Notes under the pieces: model-generated
The model's database searches: none
The model's input: only the letters and a program-made list of their open reading frames with translations
What the model was told of the DNA's origin: nothing
Shown here: positions 27,735 through 36,970 of the stretch, piece by piece
Position numbering within the stretch: the stretch's first letter is position 1
How the letters are laid out: each line of letters opens with the position of its first letter
NCBI GenBank assembly: GCA_036845485.1
Contig: DAIUDS010000001.1
Span: forward strand, 3,574 to 67,573
Length of the DNA: 64,000 bases
Direction: 5' to 3'
Source of the DNA: Jiangellaceae bacterium
Lineage (GTDB): Bacteria > Actinomycetota > Actinomycetes > Jiangellales > Jiangellaceae
Made by a program: the position numbers and the translations under genes

Positions 27735-29522
27735 TCAGCTCGGGATCACCACACCGGCGCTTCCCCCACCGCGACGTTGCGGCTCGGCGACCGCCTGCAA
27801 CAGCCCGCTGTCGAGGAACTCGATCCCAGTCGCGGCCCCGATTTCGGGGTTGTTGGCGAACAGGTGCCCGAGCGCGGCCAGTTCCGCGCGTGGGAAGCCC
27901 GGCTCGGCCTGCACCGAAGCGGTGTTGCGCTGGGTGGCCCGCGGCGCCGCGACAGCGTCGGGCAGCTCCATGCCGAGGTCCAGACGGTTCATGAGGATCT
28001 GCAGCACGGTTGTGATGATCGTCGATCCGCCCGGAGAACCGACGGCCAGCAGCGGCTCCCCGCCCTCGAGCACGATTGTCGGTGACATCGAGCTGCGCGG
28101 CCGCTTACCCGGTGCCGGCAGGTTGGGGTCGTTGCCCCCTTGTGTATCGGTGAAGTTGAAGTCGGTCAGCTCGTTGTTGAGCAGGAAGCCACGGTCGGGG
28201 ACGACGATGCCTGAGCCGCCTGTGGACTCGATGGTCAGCGTGTAGGCGACGACGTTGCCGAACCGGTCGGCGGTAGTGAGGTGTGTAGTGGACAGCCCCT
28301 CCTCGTCGGCCAGCGCGGCCGACGTCGCCGACCCACAGGTGGCGTCGTAGTCGCCGTCGGGCGACCCGGGAGCGACGGGCTTCGTCAGAGCGGTGAGTGA
28401 GATCTCGCACGCGCGCTCGGCCGCGAATCCGTCCGAGAGCAGTTCGTCCAGCGGCACGGCGACATGGTCGCTGTCGCCGACGTAACGGTTCCGGTCGGCG
28501 AAGGCCAGCGCGCTCGCCTCGAGATAGTGGTGCAGCGCCTGGGTCTCGCCGATCTCGGCGAGTGGGACGGCCTCCAGGATGTTCAACGCCTCGCCCACGG
28601 TCGATCCACCCGAGGATGGCGGCCCCATTCCGAAGACGTCCAGGCCGCGGTAAGTGACCGCGGTCGGTTCCCGCAGGAGGGCTTCGTACGACGCAAGGTC
28701 GCCGAGCTCCATCAGGCCTGGCCGGACGAGCCGGGTCACCCCGGGCGCGATCGGCGGCTCCTGCACCGCGTCGACGATCTCCTGCGCGAGCGGCCCGTTG
28801 TAGAGGGCTTGGACGCCCTGCTCGGCGAGCAGGTCGTAGGTCGCCGCCATGTCGCGGTTGCGGAACACGGTGCCCACCGCGGGGGGCTGCCCTCCCGGCA
28901 GGTAGAGCTCGGAGGTCGAGGTGAACTCCGCGAACCGCGCGGCGTTCGCGGCGGTCTGGTCGACGAAGGTCTGGTCGACGACGAAGCCCCTGAGGGCCAC
29001 CTGCGTGGCACCATGAAGCGCCTCGCCCAGGCTGATCGTTCCCCACTGGTCGAGCGCGACGTCCCAGGTCTGCGGCGTGCCGGGTACGCCGACGGACAGC
29101 CCGGAGGTGACGGCGTCGTTGAACGGGATCGGCGTGCCGTTCTCGACGAAGGCATCCTCTTGCATGGCCTGCGGCGCGGTCTCGCGCCCGTCGATCGTGT
29201 GCACCTCGCCGGTCGCCGCGTCGTAGTAGACGAAGAATCCGCCGCCGCCGATGCCCGCGGAGTAGGGCTCGGTCACACCGAGGGTCGCGGCCGCCGCTAC
29301 TGCCGCATCTACGGCGTTGCCACCCTTGCGCAGCACCTCGAGACCCACGCGGGTCGCCTCGGCATCGACCGTCGCGACCGCTCCACCGCTACCGACGGCG
29401 ACGGGATCTTTCTCGGTGGCCCGAGGCGCGCCGGCGGCCGGCGAGACGGGTGCAGCGACAAGCGCCATGGTCAGCGCGCCGCTGCCGAGAACGGCGCTCA
29501 GGCGGACTGGAGTACTGCGCAT
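27735..29522 (-). CDS. ggt: gamma-glutamyltransferase (secreted)
   Basis: Signal peptide, autoprocessing-site context ...[10 protein letters not shown], and [17 protein letters not shown] 29522 is preferred. Confidence 0.9.
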   Translation of the reverse strand: MRSTPVRLSAVLGSGALTMALVAAPVSPAAGAPRATEKDPVAVGSGGAVATVDAEATRVGLEVLRKGGNAVDAAVAAAATLGVTEPYSAGIGGGGFFVYYDAATGEVHTIDGRETAPQAMQEDAFVENGTPIPFNDAVTSGLSVGVPGTPQTWDVALDQWGTISLGEALHGATQVALRGFVVDQTFVDQTAANAARFAEFTSTSELYLPGGQPPAVGTVFRNRDMAATYDLLAEQGVQALYNGPLAQEIVDAVQEPPIAPGVTRLVRPGLMELGDLASYEALLREPTAVTYRGLDVFGMGPPSSGGSTVGEALNILEAVPLAEIGETQALHHYLEASALAFADRNRYVGDSDHVAVPLDELLSDGFAAERACEISLTALTKPVAPGSPDGDYDATCGSATSAALADEEGLSTTHLTTADRFGNVVAYTLTIESTGGSGIVVPDRGFLLNNELTDFNFTDTQGGNDPNLPAPGKRPRSSMSPTIVLEGGEPLLAVGSPGGSTIITTVLQILMNRLDLGMELPDAVAAPRATQRNTASVQAEPGFPRAELAALGHLFANNPEIGAATGIEFLDSGLLQAVAEPQRRGGGSAGVVIPS

Positions 29523-29600
29523 GAGAGGACCCCTCCTCGACAGGCGTGTTTCCGTCCTACCACAATCGGTCATGACTCCGCCGCCCTCACCGCCGAGACC

Positions 29601-30623
29601 TCATCGCACCGCGATGACGGCGTCCTCTCCGACAGAGCCTCGCGCCACCAGTTCGCCGATCACAGGAGCGCCTGGGATCTCGCCGGCGAGCAGGAGGCCG
29701 CCGGATGTCTGGGCGTCCGCGAGCAGCAGCAGTTCTCCCTCCCGCACCGATGCAGTCAGATGTGGTCGTACCCAATTGAGGTTCCGCCGCGTGCCGCCAC
29801 TCACGAAGCCGTCGCGCAGCGCATCGCGAGCACCGTCCAGGTAGGGAACGGCTGCGGCGTCGATGACGGCGGCGACGTCGCTAGCGCGCGCGAGCTTGTA
29901 GAGGTGGCCAAGGAGCCCAAAGCCCGTGACATCGGTGGCGGCCGTGATTCCGGCTGCGAGCGCGGCATGGCTGGCCTCCCGATTCAGCGTGATCATGGCC
30001 TCGACCGCCTGCGGGAAGACCTCGCCAGTCTGCCTGTGCCGGCTGTTGAGCACACCGATCCCGAGTGGCTTCGTGAGGCTGAGGGGCGTGCCGGCGCGAC
30101 CGTCGCGGATGCGCAGCAGGCGGTTGGCATCACCGATGCCGGAGATCGCCATCCCGTACTTGGGCTCGGGGTCGTCGACGCTGTGTCCACCAGCGACGTG
30201 GCAGCCGGCACTGCGCGCCACCTCGAAGCCGCCGCGGAGGACCTCCGCCGCGAGTTCAATCGGCAGCCGGTCGCGGGGCCAGCACAGGAGATTGATGGCG
30301 ACGAGCGGCTCTCCCGCCATGGCGTAGACGTCGGAAAGGGCGTTTGCGGCGGCGATGCGGCCCCAGTCGTACGGATCGTCGACGACGGGGGTGAAGAAGT
30401 CGACGGTGGCGATGATTGCGCGGCCGCCCTCGACACGGACGACGGCTGCGTCGTCCGCGTCGTCGAGGCCGACGATGAGCTCGCCCGGCGACTGGACATC
30501 TCGGCCAGCTCCGACGATGCCGGCAACGAGGTCCTCGAGCTCGCCGGGCGGGATCTTGCACGCACACCCGCTTCCGTGCGCGTAGGTCGTGAGCCGCTGC
30601 GGGATCTCCGAGAGGGTTACCAC
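29601..30623 (-). CDS. selD: selenide, water dikinase (selenophosphate synthetase), Cys form
   Basis: N-terminal HGSGCACKIPP motif and an AIR-synthase-like fold. The track start at 30713 would overlap the divergent tRNA-Sec, so GTG 30623 (VVTLSEIPQRLTTYAHGSGCACK) is preferred. Confidence 0.9.
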   Translation of the reverse strand: MVTLSEIPQRLTTYAHGSGCACKIPPGELEDLVAGIVGAGRDVQSPGELIVGLDDADDAAVVRVEGGRAIIATVDFFTPVVDDPYDWGRIAAANALSDVYAMAGEPLVAINLLCWPRDRLPIELAAEVLRGGFEVARSAGCHVAGGHSVDDPEPKYGMAISGIGDANRLLRIRDGRAGTPLSLTKPLGIGVLNSRHRQTGEVFPQAVEAMITLNREASHAALAAGITAATDVTGFGLLGHLYKLARASDVAAVIDAAAVPYLDGARDALRDGFVSGGTRRNLNWVRPHLTASVREGELLLLADAQTSGGLLLAGEIPGAPVIGELVARGSVGEDAVIAVR

Positions 30624-30671
30624 GGCCCGACCATAGACCCGCTCCGCGAGCGCCGCGCTAGCGTGGATGCC

Positions 30672-30767
30672 GGAGGCGTCTGGGTGCCTGGTGGCCCCCG
30701 CGGTCTTCAACACCGACGAGGCCGAGCACCTCGGCCTGGCGGGTTCGATTCCCGTCCGCCTCCGCCA
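30672..30767 (+). tRNA. selC: tRNA-Sec (anticodon UCA), 96 nt with encoded CCA
   Basis: The acceptor GGAGGCG pairs with CGCCTCC, followed by G-CCA. Anticodon loop is CUUCAAC (U33-UCA-A37). The long variable arm AGGCCGAG-CAC-CUCGGCCU is 8 bp. T-arm is GGCGGG-UUCGAUU-CCCGUC, giving 13 bp across acceptor plus T. It lies between selD and selA. Confidence 0.85.
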
Positions 30768-30779
30768 GTAGGATGAGCC

Positions 30780-32129
30780 ATGGTGGACGCCCGACGCGAT
30801 ACCCGTCGCCGTGTGCCCCGAACCAATGAGGTGTTAGCCGAGCCGCGGGTCGCTGCTGCCGCCGCGCGTCTCGGACGCCCGATCGTCAAAGCAGCCGTCG
30901 CACGCGGCCAGCAGGCGGTACGTGAGGGTCGCGCCGAGCCGGACGCGGTGGCCGACCTGGCTCTGGCCTCGCTGCCGCCCTTCGCTTCCTCGTTGCGGCC
31001 GGTGGTGAACGCGACGGGCGTGCTCTTGCACACCAATCTCGGGCGCGCGTCCCTGTCCGCCGCCGCGGTTGATGCCGTCACGGCTGCCTCGAGCACCACA
31101 GACATCGAGTTCGACCTCACTACGGGCGTGCGGGCGCGGCGCGGCCGCGGCGCTCTCGCCGCGCTGGCCGAGGCGGTGCCCGATGCCGAGGCCGTACACG
31201 TCGTCAACAATGGCGCCGCCGCCGTCGCGCTCGCGGCCTCCGCGCTCGCCGCAACGCCGCCGTCCGAGCCGCGGGAAGTCATCGTCAGCCGTGGCGAGAT
31301 GGTCGAGATCGGTGATGGCTTCCGCTTGCCTGATCTCGTTGCCTCCACTGGTGCGGTGCTGCGCGAGGTTGGTACGACGAACCGGACGGCGCTGCGGGAC
31401 TACGCGGACGCCGTTGGGCCATGCACGGCGATGGTGCTCAAGGTGCACCCCTCGAACTTTGTCGTTGAGGGGTTCACGTCGACGGTGCCGGTCGCCGAGC
31501 TGACGACGCTCGGATTGCCGGTCGTCGTCGACATCGGGTCAGGGCTCTTGACGGCCCATCCGCTGCTGCCGTCCGAGCCTGACGTGGCGAGTGCCCTTCG
31601 GGCCGGGGCGGCACTCGTGACAGCGAGCGGGGACAAGCTGCTTGGTGGCCCCCAGGCCGGCCTGCTGCTCGGCCGGGCGGACGTGGTCCTGCGGATACGC
31701 CGCCATCCGATGGCGCGGGCCGTCCGGGTCGACAAGCTCACCCTTGCCGCGCTCGAGGCGACATTGCGCGGCCATCGGCCTCCGGTACTTGCCGCGCTGG
31801 AGGCCGCGCCGGACAAAATATGGACGAGAGCAGAGCGGCTGGCTGGAAATCTCGTCACGGCGGGTCTTGACGCCGAGGCCGTGGCCAGCAATGCCGCGGT
31901 CGGCGGCGGCGGGGCGCCGGGCGTCGTACTTCCAAGTGCAGCGGTCGCCCTACCGACCGCGTTCGCAGAGACGTTGCGGACGCCGGCCGCAGCGGGGGTT
32001 CCGCCCGTCGTCGGACGGGTCGAGCGGGGCCGATGCCTGCTCGACCTTCGAACAGTTCCTCCGGAGCGCGACGATGACTTGCTGACGGCCGTTCTTGCCG
32101 CGGCTCACGCCTCCCGTCCTGACCGTTGA
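30780..32129 (+). CDS. selA: L-seryl-tRNA(Sec) selenium transferase
   Basis: Typical N-terminus (VPRTNEVL...) and PLP-lysine context ASGDKLLGGPQAG. Starts 13 nt after the tRNA-Sec. Confidence 0.9.
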   Translation: MVDARRDTRRRVPRTNEVLAEPRVAAAAARLGRPIVKAAVARGQQAVREGRAEPDAVADLALASLPPFASSLRPVVNATGVLLHTNLGRASLSAAAVDAVTAASSTTDIEFDLTTGVRARRGRGALAALAEAVPDAEAVHVVNNGAAAVALAASALAATPPSEPREVIVSRGEMVEIGDGFRLPDLVASTGAVLREVGTTNRTALRDYADAVGPCTAMVLKVHPSNFVVEGFTSTVPVAELTTLGLPVVVDIGSGLLTAHPLLPSEPDVASALRAGAALVTASGDKLLGGPQAGLLLGRADVVLRIRRHPMARAVRVDKLTLAALEATLRGHRPPVLAALEAAPDKIWTRAERLAGNLVTAGLDAEAVASNAAVGGGGAPGVVLPSAAVALPTAFAETLRTPAAAGVPPVVGRVERGRCLLDLRTVPPERDDDLLTAVLAAAHASRPDR

Positions 32130-33907
32130 TGCAGGTCATCGCCACCGCCGGCCACGTCGACCACGGGAAGTCGACGCTCGTCCGAGCGCTCACGGGGATG
32201 GAACCCGATCGCTTTGAGGAGGAGCGGCGCCGAGGACTGACGCTGGACCTGGGCTTCGCGTGGACGAGGCTCGACGGCGAGGACATCGCATTCGTCGATG
32301 TGCCCGGGCACGAGCGGTTCGTCCCGACGATGTTGTCCGGGGTTGGGCCGGTGCCGGCAGTGCTGTTCGTCGTCGCCGCCGACGACGGATGGAAGCCACA
32401 ATCGCAGGAGCACCTTGACATCCTCGACGCGCTCGGCGTTCGGCATGGGCTCCTCGTCATCTCACGATGCGATCTCGCCGAACCCGGCCCGGCGCTGGCC
32501 CAAGCGCGCGAACGGATGGCCGGCACCTCCTTGGCCGGCACCGAGTCCGTGGCCGTGAGCGGGGTGACAGGGGATCGCATGGTGGACCTGCGAGCGGCGC
32601 TGCTCCGGCTCGTGAGGACTTTGCCGACGCCGGATCGGGCTGCGGCTGTCCGGTTGTGGGTGGACCGATCGTTCACGATCCGGGGCGCCGGAACTGTTGT
32701 CACTGGCACGGTGCCGGCAGGAACGCTGCGGGTCGGCGACCGGCTCGCCCTGCCGTGGGGCCGCGAGGCAAGCATACGCAGCCTCCACGCGCTGGGGCAG
32801 CCGGCCCAAGTGGTGCCGGCGGTCGCGCGGGTGGGGGTGAACCTGCGAGGTGTAGCGCCCGATGATGTCAGGCGCGGCGACGCACTCACGACGCCGAGCA
32901 GTCACCTCGAGGTCGACGTCGTGGATGTCCGGCTGCGCCGACCCGTTGAGGGTGGCGCGCAGCGACAGCGGGTGCTGCACATCGGGACGGCACAGGTGCC
33001 CGTGCAGGTTCGGTCGCTTGGCGACGCGCACGCGCGCCTGTTGCTGCGGCGGCCGCTTCCGCTGAGGATCGGAGACCGGTGTCTGCTGCGCGACCCGGGA
33101 CGACACCGTGTCGACACAGGACTGGTGGTGCTCGACGTCGACCCGCCGAAGCTTGTGCGCCGCGGCGACGGCCGCCGCCGGGCGGATGCGCTCGCGTCTT
33201 ACAGCGAGCGCGCCGACCCAGCGGCCGAGCTGCGGCGGCGGCGGCTCGTCCAGCGCATTCGGCTCGTCACGATGGGGGTTCGCCCGGCCGAGGTCGACGC
33301 CGTGCGTAGCGCGGTCGACGACCCGGTCTGGCTACTGGACCCCGAGACGGCTGAGGACCTGCGTGCGCGGCTGTCGGCTCTGGCGACGGAGCATGCTGTT
33401 GCGTCGCCATTGCAGCCGGGGCTTCCGGTCGACGTCGCCTGCCAGAGGCTCGGCCTGCCGGAGGCCCGACTGGTGTCAAAACTCGTGGCCGAGCCACTCG
33501 TGGTGCGCCACGGGCAGGTGCACGCCGGACCTACGGTGCCTCCGCTTCCGCCCGAGGTCGACGAGGCTGTCCAAGCGGTGCTCGCCGATCTGGCCTCAGC
33601 GCCGTGGGCGGCGCTCGAGACCAACCGTCTACGCGAACTCGGACTCGGACCGCGCGAACTCGCCGCTACCGTGCGGACAGGCGCCCTCGTCCGCGTTGCC
33701 GACGGCATCTACTTGGCGCCTGGGGCCGTGGAGGCCGCGGCCCAGCGGCTGCGCGAATTGCCGCAACCGTTCGCGGTCACTGAGGCGCGCAAGACATGGC
33801 AGACAACCCGCCGCGTCGCCATCCCGCTCCTCGAACTGCTTGACCGACGGGCCTTCACGCGTCGTCTGCCGGACGGCCGTCGTGTCGTCACAGCCGAGCC
33901 CCGATGA
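32126..33907 (+). CDS. selB: selenocysteine-specific translation elongation factor
   Basis: G-domain IATAGHVDHGKSTL, DVPGHERF, and a long winged-helix C-terminal extension. TTG 32126 or ATG 32129 overlaps the selA stop. Confidence 0.9.
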   Translation: MMQVIATAGHVDHGKSTLVRALTGMEPDRFEEERRRGLTLDLGFAWTRLDGEDIAFVDVPGHERFVPTMLSGVGPVPAVLFVVAADDGWKPQSQEHLDILDALGVRHGLLVISRCDLAEPGPALAQARERMAGTSLAGTESVAVSGVTGDRMVDLRAALLRLVRTLPTPDRAAAVRLWVDRSFTIRGAGTVVTGTVPAGTLRVGDRLALPWGREASIRSLHALGQPAQVVPAVARVGVNLRGVAPDDVRRGDALTTPSSHLEVDVVDVRLRRPVEGGAQRQRVLHIGTAQVPVQVRSLGDAHARLLLRRPLPLRIGDRCLLRDPGRHRVDTGLVVLDVDPPKLVRRGDGRRRADALASYSERADPAAELRRRRLVQRIRLVTMGVRPAEVDAVRSAVDDPVWLLDPETAEDLRARLSALATEHAVASPLQPGLPVDVACQRLGLPEARLVSKLVAEPLVVRHGQVHAGPTVPPLPPEVDEAVQAVLADLASAPWAALETNRLRELGLGPRELAATVRTGALVRVADGIYLAPGAVEAAAQRLRELPQPFAVTEARKTWQTTRRVAIPLLELLDRRAFTRRLPDGRRVVTAEPR

Positions 33908-33987
33908 GGGTCAAGCCCACGGTCGTGTGGATGAAGGCCGTCACCACGTGATCTGGTGGCCAGCTCTCGAGCCCTAGCCTGACCGTC

Positions 33988-34593
33988 ATGACCGACAGTG
34001 ACTTTACCGACCTCCGCGGCAAGGAGTTCGAGCGCACGGAGATGACGGGGGCGCGGTTCACCACGGTGAGCGTCAACGGGGCGACGTTCCGGGCATGTGA
34101 GCTCAAACAGGTCGTGATGCGCGGCGTCGAAATTGTCGACACCACCATCGACGGCGAGATTCCCCCGGAGATGCTGCACGAGTCGGTCGACGGCGAGTGG
34201 TCATTGATCCAGACCCTGCGCCACCTCGCCTTCGCGACCGAGTCGTGGGTCGGCCGCTGCATCCTGGGCGATCCCAGTCCTTGGCACCCGCTGTCCCTGC
34301 CGTGGGACCAGATGGGTCACCGGCCCGGAGTGCCGCACGACCGTGACGCGCGCCCGTCGCTCGACGAGGCGCTCGCCTTGCGGCTGGAGGCGATGGCGAT
34401 GATGCGGCGGGTGGTCGACGGTCTGGCCGACGAGCAGCTCGACAGCCGGACCGAGCCGCTCGTGGGTCCCGGCTGGCCGGACGAGGGCGACACCTTCCCC
34501 GTCCGCGAGTGCCTGCTGATCGTCCTCAACGAGGAGTGGTGGCACCGCATGTACGCCCAGCGCGACCTGGCCGTCCTCGAGGAACGAGACTGA
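33988..34593 (+). CDS. DinB-family protein with an N-terminal pentapeptide-repeat-like segment
   Basis: The N-terminal ~45 aa look like pentapeptide repeats. The C-terminal part has DinB-like helices (TLRHLAFATESW...NEEWWH). Confidence 0.6.
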   Translation: MTDSDFTDLRGKEFERTEMTGARFTTVSVNGATFRACELKQVVMRGVEIVDTTIDGEIPPEMLHESVDGEWSLIQTLRHLAFATESWVGRCILGDPSPWHPLSLPWDQMGHRPGVPHDRDARPSLDEALALRLEAMAMMRRVVDGLADEQLDSRTEPLVGPGWPDEGDTFPVRECLLIVLNEEWWHRMYAQRDLAVLEERD

Positions 34594-34597
34594 CCTC

Positions 34598-34885
34598 GTG
34601 GAGCTCGTCTTCACCGGCCGGGTGATCGAATGGCGCGGGCCGTCGCCGTACTACTTCGTCCCCGTGCCGGACGAGGAGTCCGCCGACATCCGTGAGGTGG
34701 CCGCGATGGCCACGTACGGCTGGGGCGTGATCCCGGTCGAGGCCCGGATCGGCGAGGTCGCCTTCGAGACGTCGCTCTTCCCCAAGGACGGCGGCTACCT
34801 GCTGCCGCTCAAGGACGCTGTGCGCAAGCCGCGGAGCCTCTCGGCAGGTGACGAGGTGACTGTGGAGATGACCATCCGTCTCTAG
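34598..34885 (+). CDS. DUF1905 domain protein
   Basis: ELVFTGRVIEWRGPSPYYFVPVP...FETSLFPKDGGYLLPLK. Confidence 0.7.
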   Translation: MELVFTGRVIEWRGPSPYYFVPVPDEESADIREVAAMATYGWGVIPVEARIGEVAFETSLFPKDGGYLLPLKDAVRKPRSLSAGDEVTVEMTIRL

Positions 34886-34887
34886 CT

Positions 34888-34985
34888 CTACCACGTCGGT
34901 GCGGCGGCGGATCTCGCGGTTGAGCCACTTGGAGGGTTGCTGGACCAGATCCTGGCGCCAGATCTTCTTGGGAAGTGTGAGGTCG
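34888..34985 (-). mobile_element. IS256-family transposase C-terminal fragment (scar)
   Basis: Minus-strand translation LPKKIWRQDLVQQPSKWLNREIRRRTDVV matches the conserved IS256 block (..NP.ERLN.EI.RRTDVVGIFP). No remainder of the gene is present. Confidence 0.6.
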
Positions 34986-34990
34986 ATCGC

Positions 34991-35470
34991 TCACAGGGAG
35001 GCTAGGACCTCGAGTGCCTCCTCGATGTCAGGGGTCTCGAGTGCGTCGTCCGTCATCCACCGGTAGCGGATCGTGCCTTCGCGGTCGATCACGAAGAGTG
35101 AGCGCTTCGCCAGGCCGTCGTGCTCCTTCCAGACGTCGTACTTCACGCCGTACGCCGCGCATGTCTCCCGCCCCCAATCCGACAGCAGCGGGAACGGGAC
35201 GCCCAGATGCTTCGCGAACGCCATCTGGGAGAACGTCGCCGTGACGGCGATCGCCGCGATCCGTCCCCTCATCGCCTCGACCCGAGGCGCCTCCTGTCCC
35301 AACTGGGACAGCTCGGTGCTTCAAACGGAGCCGAAGTCGAAAACATAGAAAGCCAGGAGCAGCGGTCCCTTTGCGAGGAGGTCCTCGAGAGACACCCTCT
35401 CGTCGAACGTCTTGCGCAGCGAGAACGACGGCGCCGTATCGCCGACGCCCGGACCCGTCGTCTCAGTCAT
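34991..35470 (-). CDS. AhpE/Bcp-like peroxiredoxin with an in-frame UGA (predicted Sec) at the peroxidatic position
   Basis: From ATG 35470: MTETTGPGVGDTAPSFSLRKTFDERVSLEDLLAKGPLLLAFYVFDFGSV-TGA(35323..35321)-STELSQLGQEAPRVE... It continues in the same frame into track ORF 34991..35302 (..FPLLSDWGRETCAAYGV..SLFVIDREGTIRY). 159 codons in total. Confidence 0.8.
35282..35316 (-). promoter_or_regulatory. SECIS-like stem-loop immediately 3' of the UGA
   Basis: mRNA reads UGA AGCA-CCGAG-CUGUCCC-AGUU-GGGACAG-GAGGCGC-CUCGG. It has a 7-bp perfect upper stem, a GU-containing tetraloop starting 17 nt after the UGA, and a 5-bp lower stem. Confidence 0.65.
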
Positions 35471-36155
35471 CTAGCAGCGCCACCGCTCGGGTCGGGCCGC
35501 CATGCGCACCCTTCAGCTTCAGCGGCAGGCCGATGAAGGTGAAGCGGCGTCCGGCGACCTGGTCGAGGTTCGTCAGGTTCTCGTAGTGCGTGATGTGGTG
35601 CTTCCTCCCCATCATGTGGATCGGGTAGATCCTGCTGGACGGGTTGTCCGGCGTACAGGTGTCGATCCCGAAGGACTTCACGCCTCGTTCGACGATCCAG
35701 TCCGCCACGTCGGCGCCAAGCCCCGGGAACTCGATCAGGTATTCGGGCGTGCCGCCGAATTTCGTCGCCGTCCCCGTGTGGAAGAGGACGATATCGCCGG
35801 GCCGCAGCTCCTGTCCGGCGCCCGCCAACCCTTGCTCGACACGCGACACCGGGATGTCGGTCCGGGGCTCAGCGCCGGTCACGTCGATGCACACGGCGTC
35901 GCCGTAGAACAGCTCCAGAGGCATCTCGTCGATGGTCGGTGCCGACGGATCGGGGTCGAGGTGACTGAACGAGTCGACGTGCGTCGGCCCGTTGTCGTTC
36001 ATCAGAAAACCCTTCGTCTGGAACGAGAACCCGCTGTCGAATCGCGGCGCCGTCTCTGTGTGCGACACGTGGTCGAACAGCACGGTCTTCAGGTGGCCGG
36101 GGTAGACCATCATCCCCGTGTAGATCTCCTGCGAGAGGTCGACGATCCTCGACAT
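35463..36155 (-). CDS. cyclase family protein (kynurenine-formamidase-like fold)
   Basis: NGPTHVDSFSH metal-binding motif. 230 aa. Its stop overlaps the peroxiredoxin ATG (ATGACTGA). Confidence 0.75.
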   Translation of the reverse strand: MSRIVDLSQEIYTGMMVYPGHLKTVLFDHVSHTETAPRFDSGFSFQTKGFLMNDNGPTHVDSFSHLDPDPSAPTIDEMPLELFYGDAVCIDVTGAEPRTDIPVSRVEQGLAGAGQELRPGDIVLFHTGTATKFGGTPEYLIEFPGLGADVADWIVERGVKSFGIDTCTPDNPSSRIYPIHMMGRKHHITHYENLTNLDQVAGRRFTFIGLPLKLKGAHGGPTRAVALLDD

Positions 36156-36166
36156 CCGATCTCCTT

Positions 36167-36970
36167 TCAGTACATCACCATTCCGCCGCTCACGTTCAGG
36201 TCCACGCCCGTGACCGCCGAGAGCTCCCCCAGCGTGAGTGACACCACGGCATTCGCCACCTCAGGGGGCTCGACGAGCCTCCCGATCGGGATCTGCGCGA
36301 CCATCTCGGCGCGCGCCTCCTCGACCGGGATGCCGCGCCCTTCCGCCTGCGCTCGGAACACCCAATCCATGCGCTCACCCTCGACGGGTCCGGGCGAGAC
36401 GAGATTCACCCGCACCCCGGACGGCGCCGTCTCGAGGGCGAGTGTGCGGACCAGTCCGACCAACGCCAGCTTGCTCGCCGCGTACGGCGTTCGCCCCCAG
36501 AGGGGGCGCTTTCCTGTCATGGAACCGACTACCACCATCGAGCCACGGCGCCGCGCCAGCATTGCGGGCAGGAACGCGCGCGCACTGAGGAACACGCCGG
36601 TCACGTTCACGGCGAAGGTCTCGTCCCACGCCTTGCGGTCGAGCTCCCAGAGGGGACCACTCGGGCCACCGATGCCACTGTTGGCGACGACCGCGTCCAC
36701 GACACCGAACCGCTCGTACGAGACACGGCCGAGGACTGCCACGTCCTCCTCCGACGTCACGTCGGTCCGGACGCACAGGGTCGCGACGCCGGCGGTGGCG
36801 GCGGCCTCCGCGGTTGCCTCCAGCGTGGATAGGTCGCGGCCGGCGAGCACCACGTCGGCGCCGGCGCCGGCGAGCGCGAGCGCGATCGCGCGGCCGATCC
36901 CCCGCCCGGCACCAGTGACCACGGCCACGGGCGCCGGCAGTGGCCGGCTGTCACTCACCCTGGTCCTCAC
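36167..36970 (-). CDS. SDR family oxidoreductase
   Basis: VTGAGRGIGRAIA cofactor loop, NSGIGG, and YAASKLAL catalytic YxxxK. The start may be GTG 36958. Confidence 0.85.
   Translation of the reverse strand: MRTRVSDSRPLPAPVAVVTGAGRGIGRAIALALAGAGADVVLAGRDLSTLEATAEAAATAGVATLCVRTDVTSEEDVAVLGRVSYERFGVVDAVVANSGIGGPSGPLWELDRKAWDETFAVNVTGVFLSARAFLPAMLARRRGSMVVVGSMTGKRPLWGRTPYAASKLALVGLVRTLALETAPSGVRVNLVSPGPVEGERMDWVFRAQAEGRGIPVEEARAEMVAQIPIGRLVEPPEVANAVVSLTLGELSAVTGVDLNVSGGMVMY

Noticed and set aside
29601-30713. selD itself as a selenoprotein, and the longer 370-aa start
   Set aside because: The active-site motif reads GSGCACK with a TGT Cys codon rather than TGA. The long start would overlap the divergent tRNA-Sec gene.
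33988-34885. A second read-through (TGA) selenoprotein joining the DinB and DUF1905 ORFs
   Set aside because: The two ORFs are in different frames, and DUF1905 has its own GTG start. No SECIS-like hairpin follows the stop at 34591.
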